A stretch of 64,000 nucleotides of DNA from Entomortierella parvispora E1425 (lineage: Eukaryota > Fungi > Mortierellomycota): the NCBI GenBank assembly GCA_020891255.1, contig BQFW01000011.1, forward strand, positions 1,984,001 through 2,048,000. Direction: 5' to 3'. The notes beneath the pieces were generated by a model that saw nothing but the letters and a program-made list of their open reading frames with translations, had not been told where the DNA came from and searched no databases. Position 1 is the stretch's first letter, and the number at the start of each line of letters is the position of its first letter. Shown piece by piece: positions 23,983 through 34,776 of the stretch. A program made the translations under genes and the position numbers.

Positions 23983-26631
23983 TTACTCGTCATCCTTGAC
24001 CTCCTGAGAGACAAAGGCAGGGTACTTGGCCGAGACTTCCTCCCAGGTGGTCTTGCCCTCGCACATATCCTTGAGCAACTCAACAATGACCTCAATCTTC
24101 TCACGGATCTGCTTGGTAGAATCACGCTCACGGAGGGTGATCGTGTTATCCTGAACAGACTGGAAATCGACAGTGATACCGAAGGGGGTACCCAACTCGT
24201 CGTTACGGGCATAGCGACGACCGATCGAGGCACCGGAATCATCGACCTTGCTTGAGACACCACTCCGACGGAGAAGGGTGCCGACCTGGTTCAAAACGGG
24301 CACAAAGGCCTCGTTGGTGGAAAGGGGAACGAGCAAGCACTTGGTGGGAGCGACGACGGGAGGGAAAGAAAGGACGCCACGGGCCTCACCCTCAGGGCGA
24401 GTCCAGTAGACATGCTCCATCAAGCAGTAGAGAATACGGCCGATACCGAACGAAGGCTCAATAACGTTGGGGGTGAACTCGCGAACTATTGATAGCAACA
24501 AAAAAAAACAATGATTAGATCCAGGAACAATCGTCAATGCACAAGACTAGAGAAAACCATAAAATAGGACGTACTGTGAGTGGTAATGGAGACTCTTTCA
24601 AAGCTGGTGATGAGGTCCTTGGTGATATCGAAAGAGGAGCCGTTGACCTGAACAGCAAAGGCACCAGCGCTATCGTGGGACTTCTTCAACTCCTCCAAGA
24701 CAGACTCGTCCAAGGAAGCCAAATGCTCCTCGACAGCCTTGGCATCCTTCTTGAAGCGAGGGCCAAAGACCTTCTTGTTGATCTCAAGCTGCAACTTCTC
24801 CTCAACAAGGGGCTCGGGAAGGCGCTCGCGGACAACGAGCTTCTCACCAGTTTTGTTAGAGTGGACGGTCAAATCGTAGGCGGAGCGATCAGCGCAACCA
24901 ACGCACTCCTTCCAGCCGTAAGAGGTGTGAATCTCGGCATCCCAGCAGTCGCAAGCGTAATGGGCCATCTCATTGGCCATGTGCTGACGGAAACGGATGC
25001 GATCAGGGTTGATACCGATCTTGGACAAGAACATGTGAATGCGGACAAGGAAGTAACCCAAGGTCTGGTTGTCGATGATCTTCTTCTCCACGGCCTCGCC
25101 AACAGTGATATCCAAAAGCTCAGTCTTGCCGGAAAGCTGAACAGAGGCGGGCAAAATCTTCAGCTTGTAGCTGGCGACCTCATGGAAACGAGCATGGTCC
25201 TTCTTGGCGGGGTCGACGTAGTGCTCGATCTCAGCCATTGTGAACTCTCTGTAGGATAAAGCAAAAGAATGTCAATTGGCCATTGCTCCTCAAAGAACAG
25301 TCGATTCGAAAATATATATATATAAAAAAATGACGCATTGCATACATACCTGACACGCAAAAGACCCTCACGAGGAGAAATCTCGTTACGGAAGGAACGA
25401 CCGATCTGAGCAGAGGCAAAGGGCATGCGATCGTTGTTGAACTCGAGAAGTCTCTTGAAGTTCAAGAACTGACCCTGGGCAGTCTCAGGGCGAAGGAAAC
25501 CAGGGAGATGGCCGGTAGGTCCAATGCTGCTGGCAAACATAAGGTTGAAAACGACGGGTTCGGAGATATCGTTGCCGGTCTCAGGGGACTTGATTTGGTG
25601 GGTGCGCATGAGCTCTCCGAGTTCCTTGCCGCTGTAGTTATCGATCTATTGATGTTCATAAAAATAACAAAGAGTTGAGCACAAACATGTTTGGTGGGAC
25701 AAGGCAAGGATATCGCGGGCAATTAGAAACAGGCTACGTCAACGTCCCCAGCAAGAGGTCCTTCCTTGAAGAGTCAAACAAAAGCCTCTCCCTTTGGATG
25801 TCCATCCCAATGTTCCCAGATCTTGATCACGGCCGCTTGCTTACCTGGGCAAGAATCTCCTTGTAGGTCTGGGCGACATCATCCTCCAAGCGGACAGCAG
25901 TGACCTTGGCAGCCTTCTTCTTCTTCTTCTCGTCCTTGTCAGCCTTGACCTCGACAGGGGCGTTGCGGGCAATCTTGTCACCATCCAAACGAGCCTCAAG
26001 AACGTTCTCGACCAAATGATCAGCACGGAAAATCTCGCCAGTCTTCAAATCCTTGCACATCCAGTCCGAGAAACGATCAACGTGACCAGAGGTCTTGAGG
26101 ACCTCGGCGGGGGTCATGATGGAACAATCGACCTCAAGCATATCCTCCTCGAGGACAAAGTGCTTGCGCCAGATGTCAAGAACATTAGCCTGGAGAGCAC
26201 AGCCTGGAGGACCGTAGTCGTACAGACCAGCAACACCTAGAGATAACAAAAGACGGCACAAAATAAGTCATTGCGATCCAGGCACGGGGCTGCGGCAAAG
26301 GCATCACAGATTGTCGAGAAGAGGATTGCACGAATCGACACTGCAATTCTTGGGGATGCCACTCCTTGAAGTCGACAGCATCCTCCAGAATAGATGCACA
26401 ATATCCAGTCCAGGTCCAGCCCTGACTCTTTCAAGATATCCAGTCCAGGTCCAGCCCTGACTCTTTCAAGATATCCAGTCCAGGTCCAGCCCTGACTCTT
26501 TCAAGATACAAGGTTATACTGTGCAAGGGAGTCTTACCGCCGTAAAGAGAAAAGGCGGGGGCGTAGAAGAAGCGCTTGCCGAGCAACTGCTCAAGAGCAG
26601 GTCTGTTAAAGGGTTGGGCAGATTGAGCCAT
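23983..26631 (-). CDS. GRS1: Glycyl-tRNA synthetase (eukaryotic homodimeric type), 5 exons
   Basis: [12 protein letters not shown]|[47 protein letters not shown]|[54 protein letters not shown]. Confidence 0.97.
26401..26508. repeat. 35-bp minisatellite, 3 identical tandem copies in GlyRS intron 1
   Basis: ATATCCAGTCCAGGTCCAGCCCTGACTCTTTCAAG at 26401, 26436 and 26471, no spacers. Confidence 0.95.
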
Positions 26632-28351
26632 TATGTGGGTTGGATAAAGGAGGAATGGAGATTGAAGATGCAAGCTTGCATGCCAATGTGGATACCTTTG
26701 TAGGAACCTCAAAGCACAAGCCACCCATATCTCAGAGCGAGTCAGAGATCACGTGATCAAACGCGTCAAGCAAGTTCCTTGTTCCTCTTCACCTGCTTGT
26801 TTCTGTCAACATGACGCGGTCTGGCGTGTTTTGTGTGCGTCCAGACGCTAGATCGATGCCAACCTACTCGCTTATTGGATGACTCTCTGGTTTTTTTATT
26901 TCTTTTGAGGCGGAAGGACGGTAGTCTACAAACCTGGGGACAGAACAAGCATGCCTTCCCTTTTTGGACCTTCACCCGTTTTTCCCTTGCGAATTCTTGA
27001 GAGCAGCATGGCCAATTCACCCGCTCGTCTTGCTCGCACCAAGAAAATCCCTCTCAGCCGCACAGAAACAACTGAGTAAAAGAGCCGTGCCTGTGGCGGA
27101 CCCTTTTGTTTGAATGGCCTATAGCGGACCGGGGACTTTATTTCCTGTGGCCGCAGTTTTGTTGTTGTTTGTCACCACCCCTTCTTGCCTATTGAGGTGC
27201 ATACAAAAAACAACAAAGAAGAAACAAAAAGAAAAAAAACAGAGTTGTTTGTGTCCAAGAGATGACACAGAAGGATCCAAAGGAAATGACACGGATCCCA
27301 TCTTGTTTTGGTCAAGATGAGTGTCCATCGACGACAGACCTTGGGCGTGGAGAAAGAAGGAAGAATATGTCCGTTGAACAACATTTTTTTTTCTCTCTCT
27401 TTTGACTTTTTGTTTTTTTTTCACACTCCTCCGCCCAACGTCCTTCCAACCCGAGAGGTCATTGGAGGGGAGGGGGAGGGGTTCGATGCATGCTGCATGC
27501 ACTCAAACCTTTTTGTTGCAGTGCAGTAAAATGGTCGGCTCTTTACCTGTTATCTTCCCAGTTGTCTTGCTGACCTTTTTCTCTTTTGCCCATTCGCAAT
27601 TTTTTTTTTTTTGGCTTGGGTCTTTCCTTTGATCAGTCTGACCCTCATGGGATGGGTTCAAGATAAACAAGAACGACGGACTGAGGGTCGGTGGGTGCAC
27701 GCGCACGCGTGGCCCATGCAGGGCGGATGGCACATGGCGACAGTCATTTTTTTTGCAGGGGCGGAACAAGGAGAGTGAGAGAGACAAAAGGAGACACACC
27801 ACGCAGGCAGATCTACCAGAATCAAAAAATGTTCAGGACAGGGTCGAGAAAGCAACGGTGGCATGGCCAATGTGAATGCGAATGAACAAGCAGATGCAGA
27901 TGCAATGGCCCATGGACCTGCGCAGATAGAAAAGAAGGCGAGACATTCTATCCTACTAGAGTTAGTATGTCTCTTTCAGTAAAAAGATGATCACGGCATG
28001 TAAACAACAACGTCGTTCACAATAACCACCATCCAATGCTTAAATACAGAGCGCAATGAGCACTTCCCCCGGCTGCCGCTTTGCTCTGCTTTGCCCTTTT
28101 TGTCCCTTGTCCCTTCCTCTCCTCCTCCTCCTCCTCCTCTCTCTTTCTCTCCCTGTCTGTCTGTCTTTATTACATTTTGCACATTTTGCATGTGCCTCGC
28201 TTTTGTTCCCTTGTTCTTGATCACCCTGTCCCTTTCCACATCCTTTTCGCACCTTGTCTTTCCCTCCTTCTCCTTCCCCTTCTTCTCCTTCTCTCAGATC
28301 TCCCCCCCTCCTCCTGGCCCCCCTCCGCCTACTTCTCCGTCTCCTTAGATC

Positions 28352-29707
28352 ATGTCCGTTCACTACCATCCACAGCACTCGACTGCTGCCCCTCCATTAC
28401 CCTCGGTGTCGGCTTGGGCAACCGCTGCCACCGTCGCCAGCGCCACCACCACCGCCTCCGGCTCTTCGACGCCTGCATCCTTCTCGTCTCCTGAACAATG
28501 GCCTGGCTACACGCCTATTTGGGATTACGATCTGCATCCCGTGGCGCCCTGTGTGCCCGACTCTCGGCGGCCTCCCCGGCACTCCCATCCTGATCACATC
28601 CTCCATAGCGAGCCCATCGATCCCGCCTCTGTACAATACCGCCGTCGATCGACCCGCATCTCGTCCTCTTCGTCTTCCAACTCTTCGACCTCTTCACTTC
28701 AATTGCATTCGTCTCCCCTGCCAAAGAAACCACGGACGGTTGCAGCTGCAGCTGCGATCTCGGCAAAGTCGGGCCGTCGACCATTGCTTCTAAGACTTCT
28801 TCGGAAACCAGTATCTTCCTCTTCAACATCACCTTCCACACTTCTGTCTCCCATATCTTCTCTGCCGTCTCCACCCGCTTCTTCTCCCGAGTCTCATGAT
28901 CGTGATCCTAATACAACCACACAGCCACAACCACAACCACAGCCTCAATCGAAACCCCAGCATCAACACCCACACCAGCATTCGCATCATCGATACCATC
29001 ATTCATTGGATAGCTCAATGTCTCTTCAAGACCGATCGTCGTCGGGCCAAAGATTGAGAGCATCTCGTTTCAAAAACTCGGCGTCGTCCTTGGCTTCCTT
29101 GACGGAAGAAAGACAGCTCTCTCATACTTCCACCACCAATGAGATAACCGGGGACCAATCGCGCCCAGAAAATGGACGCCGGATACCTTCGTCGTCTCTT
29201 CCTCTTCATCCTGCCACCCCAGGAGGCCCCTCATCTTCCTCCAACTCTCCACGCCCATTGCTCTCCCAGCGACGACGGGGCGTGGCTGTTGCGGCCGTTT
29301 TCAATGATACCCCTAACCCCGCCGATTCAAAGGCGGCGCTCAGCTCAGAACAGCAGCAGCAGCAGCAGCAGCAACAGCGCTCTCCACTGGAAGAGCAACA
29401 ACTCCGCTGGCACCAAGATTGGCTCCGCCCCTCGGGCGCCATGCTCTCTCGCTTTCGGGATCGACCTGCACTTTTCAACTGTCCCAGATGTGGTGCCATC
29501 AAAGTTGTTTCGGAAACTCAATTTGTTCCAGGGGCAATGTCGTACTTGGTCGCGTTTGGGCTTTTGTTCTTGACCTTGGGCACTCTATCGTATATCCCCT
29601 TTCGAAAGGGTCATGAGGGTACCAAAGATTGTGTTCATTGGTGCCCAAAGTGCAACCAGAGGGTCGCCCGCTTCAGTCGAGCAAATGCCACATGGGAGTG
29701 GTTGTGA
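28352..29707 (+). CDS. LITAF-domain protein with long disordered N-terminus, intronless
   Basis: C-terminal FNCPRC..hydrophobic stretch..DCVHWCPKC zinc-knuckle pair typical of LITAF/SIMPLE. Confidence 0.88.
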   Translation: MSVHYHPQHSTAAPPLPSVSAWATAATVASATTTASGSSTPASFSSPEQWPGYTPIWDYDLHPVAPCVPDSRRPPRHSHPDHILHSEPIDPASVQYRRRSTRISSSSSSNSSTSSLQLHSSPLPKKPRTVAAAAAISAKSGRRPLLLRLLRKPVSSSSTSPSTLLSPISSLPSPPASSPESHDRDPNTTTQPQPQPQPQSKPQHQHPHQHSHHRYHHSLDSSMSLQDRSSSGQRLRASRFKNSASSLASLTEERQLSHTSTTNEITGDQSRPENGRRIPSSSLPLHPATPGGPSSSSNSPRPLLSQRRRGVAVAAVFNDTPNPADSKAALSSEQQQQQQQQQRSPLEEQQLRWHQDWLRPSGAMLSRFRDRPALFNCPRCGAIKVVSETQFVPGAMSYLVAFGLLFLTLGTLSYIPFRKGHEGTKDCVHWCPKCNQRVARFSRANATWEWL

Positions 29708-30673
29708 GAGCCTCACTAGTGTAAAAAAGAAAAAGTAATCGCATATCAAAGGCATGTACTCCTACATTGTAATAAAACCAGCGCTGAATAAACCTGAAAG
29801 CAAACAAACGACGGGCATATTTTATAAGAGGAAAGAGAATGCAGGAAAGAAGAAAGAAGTAAGAGAGAGGGAGAGAGGGGGAGAAACTAGAATAAAGAAA
29901 CAATAGGTGCATGCAATGACGAGTAAGAGGAAAAGGAAAAAGAGAAAAAAAGGGCAGAACGGCTTGAACGTGTGGTTGGGCCAGGGATTTGTTTTCAATA
30001 CTTGGTCGGAAAGATGTGGAGCAGCAAGATTAAGAAGGAGACAGGTCGGTTGAGAGCAAGAAACAGCACGGCAAAGAGAGTCAACAAGGCGAAAGAGGAA
30101 GATACAACAGTGCAACAACAAGGAACCTATCGGTTCTTCATCCAACAAGAGGCAAAAAGGACCGAACGCAGCGAAAGAAATTAACAGCAGGATCTATGTC
30201 ATCTCCATAGGGCCGCTGGTGCCATCCTGGTCAAACTCCGCATTCCAGTCGCGTCGATGTCGCTTCGGGTCCGGCGCCCTGAAAGATGCCGAGGAATCGT
30301 CTACCATTTGCATCTCATGGCTCGGTCCACCGACAGCTCCATCAAACCCGCTGAAATACTCGGGCCCCTCCGTGTCCATCCGCACTCTTTTGCTGAACTT
30401 TCGCTCAAAAGAAAGTGAAGACAACTGGCCTGGAAGGGAGTGGTGCTGTTGTGAATGATGTTGGTAAAGATATTCCTGTGGTCCTTGCGTCTGCTGCTGC
30501 TGCTCTTGCTGCTGCATCTGCTGCTGGTATGGTTGTAAAGGTGATGTTTGATGCTGTTGTTGACTTTGTTGGTACGTGTGAACTTGCTCCTGCGGCCATG
30601 GCTGTGGTATTGGCGTGGGGCGCTGATCTTCTTGGGGTATGCTGTTTTGGTGGCCAATCTTTCCGGTATCATA

Positions 30674-33421
30674 TCAAAAGTTTGTAAACAAGGACCGATA
30701 TGGGTCGCCCTGGCTTGCTTCATCGTCAGTCACCTCTGGGTACTTTTCAAAATTGCCGGTATCTCCAGGGTGCACGTAGGGTGGAACTATTGGCGCTGCT
30801 ACCGTCTTGTCCAAAAGCCCCTGCCAATCCACGCCCCGGAACCACTTGTGGTTCTTGATATCATCCGACCCATCCTATAATGAAAAGACCCCACAAATGA
30901 ATGTTAACAAGCGACTCTAACGGTGGAATTTGTGTCCATTGCCCGGTCAGAAGCCATCGATTACCTTCAAGTTGCCCAGTCGCTTTGTACGATCAGCAGT
31001 CAACAATTTCTTGATGAGATCTTTTGCAGTCGAGTCGAAATGTGGTGGGAAGTAAATGCGGCCCGCCAGAATCTTTTCGTAGATACCAAAAGGGTTGTCA
31101 TCGAAGAAGGGTGGATATCCCGCGAGCATCTCAAAGATCAAGATGCCTAGGGCCCACCAGTCCACTGCCTTTCCATGGCCTTTCGATTGAATGATCTCTG
31201 GTGCCAGATATTCTGGTGTGCCACACAACGTCCATGTTCTAAGCAACAACGTACGGATGCATGGACCAGTCAGATACTACATATTATGAAACAATTGGAG
31301 CAATTGCATACGACCGACGCTCGTATGGCAGTCCATGTCAAAAATCCAAGCTTACCTATCCTCAACCCTCTTTGCAAATCCGAAATCGGTAATTTTAACA
31401 TGCCCTGATGAATCCAAGAGCAAGTTTTCTGGCTTGAGATCGCGATAAATAATGTCCCGGGAATGAAGATACTCGATCGCAAGGACAATCTCTGCTGCAT
31501 AGAACCTTGTCATGTCATTCGTAAACCGGCCAGCTTTCCTGAGATGCGAGAAGAGCTCTCCTCCGATGACATACTCCAGTAACATGTACAGATTTCGCTC
31601 ATCCTGGAATGTTGTAAAACTGGGGGAGAAACAAAAAACATGTCAAAATTTGTTTGGCACAAGCCGAAAACAAGGAAGGAAAAAAAAGTCGAGAGCAAAT
31701 ATGGGTGAAGTACTTACAGGTTGACAATAAACGGAAAATGGACCTGGGAAAGAATTTGCTTTTCAGAATTGATGTGCTCCACTTGCTTCAGCCGCACAAC
31801 CTCTGTTTTCTTGAGCACCTTCATTGCATAGTACGAATGATCATGGCGGAACTTTGACAGATAAACCCGCCCAAAAGTACCCGTTCCTAAAAAAAAAAAA
31901 GTAAAACATGATAGTTTGGGTTAGTAAACCATTTTGCGTTGTCATGGTTGACTCTTTGATCCAGAAACAATACCCACTATTCCCGTCTACCTCTCTTTTC
32001 TCTCTTGTCTTCAACCTCCCTCTATCGCACCCAACTTTTATGGCCTCCTTCCTCTGGCCACCATCTTTGTCTTTTGGTGTAGCCAAATAGGGAAAGGAGA
32101 GAGAGAGTGGGCAATAGACAAATGTGAAAAGGGAGAGAGCAAGAAACGGGGGATGAGACTCGAAGGAAGAGGAGAAAGGAAGAAAGTGGGAAGGAGAGAC
32201 TTGAATGAAAGCGGTGCGTGTGTGTGCGTGTTATTGTTGTGGGAGTATGTTTCCTCCAAAGTCCCAGTTGATGTGGCACCATTGAACTGCACTCTGTTCG
32301 TAGCAACGGGGTACCATTGGACGATCTCCAGTAACAACCCGCCCTCGACTGATTCTTCCCGCTAGTGGACAACCATCGTCACCAGGAGCGGACTTGCGTT
32401 TCTTTTTTGTTTTTCCAGTGTCGGAGGGAAGAAATGCCCGCTTATTTTTTCGGTTGTGTCATGCTGGACGCGTGAACAAACAACGCTTGCTGACGATCTG
32501 TGGCCACTTGTGGTCTGCATGGGCAGAGAGCTAGCAAGTGCTCACAATCGACCGACCTGGAGAGAACCAGACCGTCCCCCCACCCCAGCCTCTCGGCGCA
32601 CAATCCTCACAATCTGCATCATCCTGCTCTAGTCCCAGCGCAACTCGGCACTGCATTCTTCCACAGAGCAGAAAAGGCGCGCTCGACGGTGCAAGTCCAG
32701 GGCCAACTTTGTCAGAGTGCTCATCGTCGAGATGGCTCACTGCTCTTGAACCATGGCTCTCTTTGGCTCAATTCCTGCTGCCGACACACTTATTCCTTTC
32801 CCTTTTACTCCCGCGCACACTCGCACCCACAAACACACAAACACACATACACACATACACACGCCACAGGCACATCTGGCACCACACGATTTTCTGTGTT
32901 TGTAAATACAAGCACCCTGGCATCTTGGGCCAGAGCATTATGAGATGTGACTGCAGCATATCTCGTCCCTGCCTCCTTTGCTCTGGCCTTCTCACCCAAG
33001 AATCCCGTGAGTAATGATGGATTTGTGGGGGGTGGGGTTGGACGCTCCTCCCTCTTCTCTTTCTTCGCTCTCCTCTCCGTGCTGAATAGCCCCATAGACT
33101 CTTTGCATGCTTACCAAGTGTTTCCATAAGTTCAAAGTCAGAGAGGCCATATTGCGGTTGGGCGTCATAGCATGGACTCTTGAGTGGATAGATAAGCTGG
33201 CCTTGCGAAGTGTAGTAGGGCTGGTCATTGGGGCTGGGATCGTGTGGATGGGTGCTTGTCTGGGCCTGGTCCATCTGATGCTGGTGTTGGAGCCTGTACT
33301 TTTCCTGTAGACGAAGTTGGTGTTCCTGGTATTGTTCGCTGCGCAGGGTCGCCTCATCCATCGGACTGGCGCTGGCCATGGCCATTCCGCCTGGCTCAAA
33401 GTTGCCGTGTCCGTTGCTCAT
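30674..33421 (-). CDS. pkaC: cAMP-dependent protein kinase catalytic subunit (PKA-C/PRKX-like), 5 exons
   Basis: LG|[69 protein letters not shown]; ends [10 protein letters not shown] (TGA 30676-30674); intron 1 is about 1.2 kb. Confidence 0.95.
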
Positions 33422-34776
33422 GACGGGATTAAATGGATAAAAGAGAGGAAAACGAATAGAAGAGAAGGAAGGGAAGGGAAGGGGAGAGAAAAAAAACAAC
33501 AAAGACGCTGCTCTCGCTCGTATTTTTTTTTCTGGTCCTCGTTAAATATATCTTTTTTTTCTTTTTCTTGTTTCCGTTCCTTCTAGTAAAAGAGGAGGAG
33601 AAAAGTAAAAGAGAAGAGGAGGAAGAGGAGGAGAGGAGAAGGCCAAAGAAGGAAGGGACGAAACAATTGGATCGCGCGGTACTATTGCAGTGCAGCGCGG
33701 GTGGTTGTCGGTCGGATAAAACGAAGGAAGGACGGAAGGAGGAAGGAAGGAAGGAAGGAAGGAAGGAAGGGGGAAGCGACAAGAGGAGGAAGAGGAGGGG
33801 GTATGGCAGCGAGGTATCGACAGAGGGGCCGTGCCTGTTGTCTAACGAGGTAAAAAGAACAAGAGAATTATCGGATAAGAATACGCATTGGATGGGATTG
33901 GATGTGCCAGGAGATAGGAAGAGATGGATGGGGGGAAGGGACAGGCAAAAGGAAGGGAAGAGAGGGGCGAGTCGGTGGTGCCGCTGTGGTGGAGGAGAGA
34001 AGGAGGACGAGGAGGACGAGGAGGACTGTGGCAAGCCAAGGCAAGCCAGAGAAACAACACACACACCCCCAAGGCAGGAAGGAACAAAGGGGGCAGGCAC
34101 GAACTCATCCGCGGACAAACAGGGACATTGTATAAAAAGGGCGCGGCGCGACAGGGGACCTGTTTTCCTTCTCTTTCTCCCCCTTCTCTCACTCTGCCCG
34201 CGTCCTTTGGTCATGGTGAGGTGATGGATTCAATTGGGGGGGAGGGGGAGGGGAGATGGACGCATGCGAACATGGAGGGCGCGCCACATGGGTCCGAGAC
34301 TGCATGGATGGGATGGATGGATGGGTTACCTTTTTCTCTCTTTGTGGGCGACCGAGCGAGGTGACGGGCGCAAAATGGACAAGGGGTGTGCGTGTGTGGC
34401 GGGTTGTTTGTGCGTGAGAGAAGAAGAAGAAGAGAAGGAGAGGAGGGAATGGATGAAGGAGCGGCTGATGAGATTGAAGGAGCGGCCGAGAGATGGATGG
34501 AAGAGAGAAAAAGCAAAGATGATGATGATGAAGTGGGCCATGAACCGCGGATAAAAAATAAATGCGAATAAACTATAAAGGAAAATCCAAGCTGAGCGTG
34601 ACTAAATAGTCTAACAATAATAAAAGTACTCGCCTAGCCGTCTCCTTCGTCCTCTCTCTCTCTCTCTCTCTCTCTTTCTTTCCTGTCCTTGCCTCCTTTT
34701 CTTCAGTTGGTCCTCACTCTCGATACTGTTCCGTTCATCTACTTTACCCGCCTCCGCGACTAGCCCCGAAACCAAC

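Noticed and set aside
26401-26508. 35-bp direct repeats as a CRISPR array
   Set aside because: There are no spacers and no cas genes, and the repeats lie in a eukaryotic intron.
27008-27079. 23-codon ORF MANSPARLARTKKIPLSRTETTE with a good start context
   Set aside because: It is too short, and I could not build a convincing spliced continuation.
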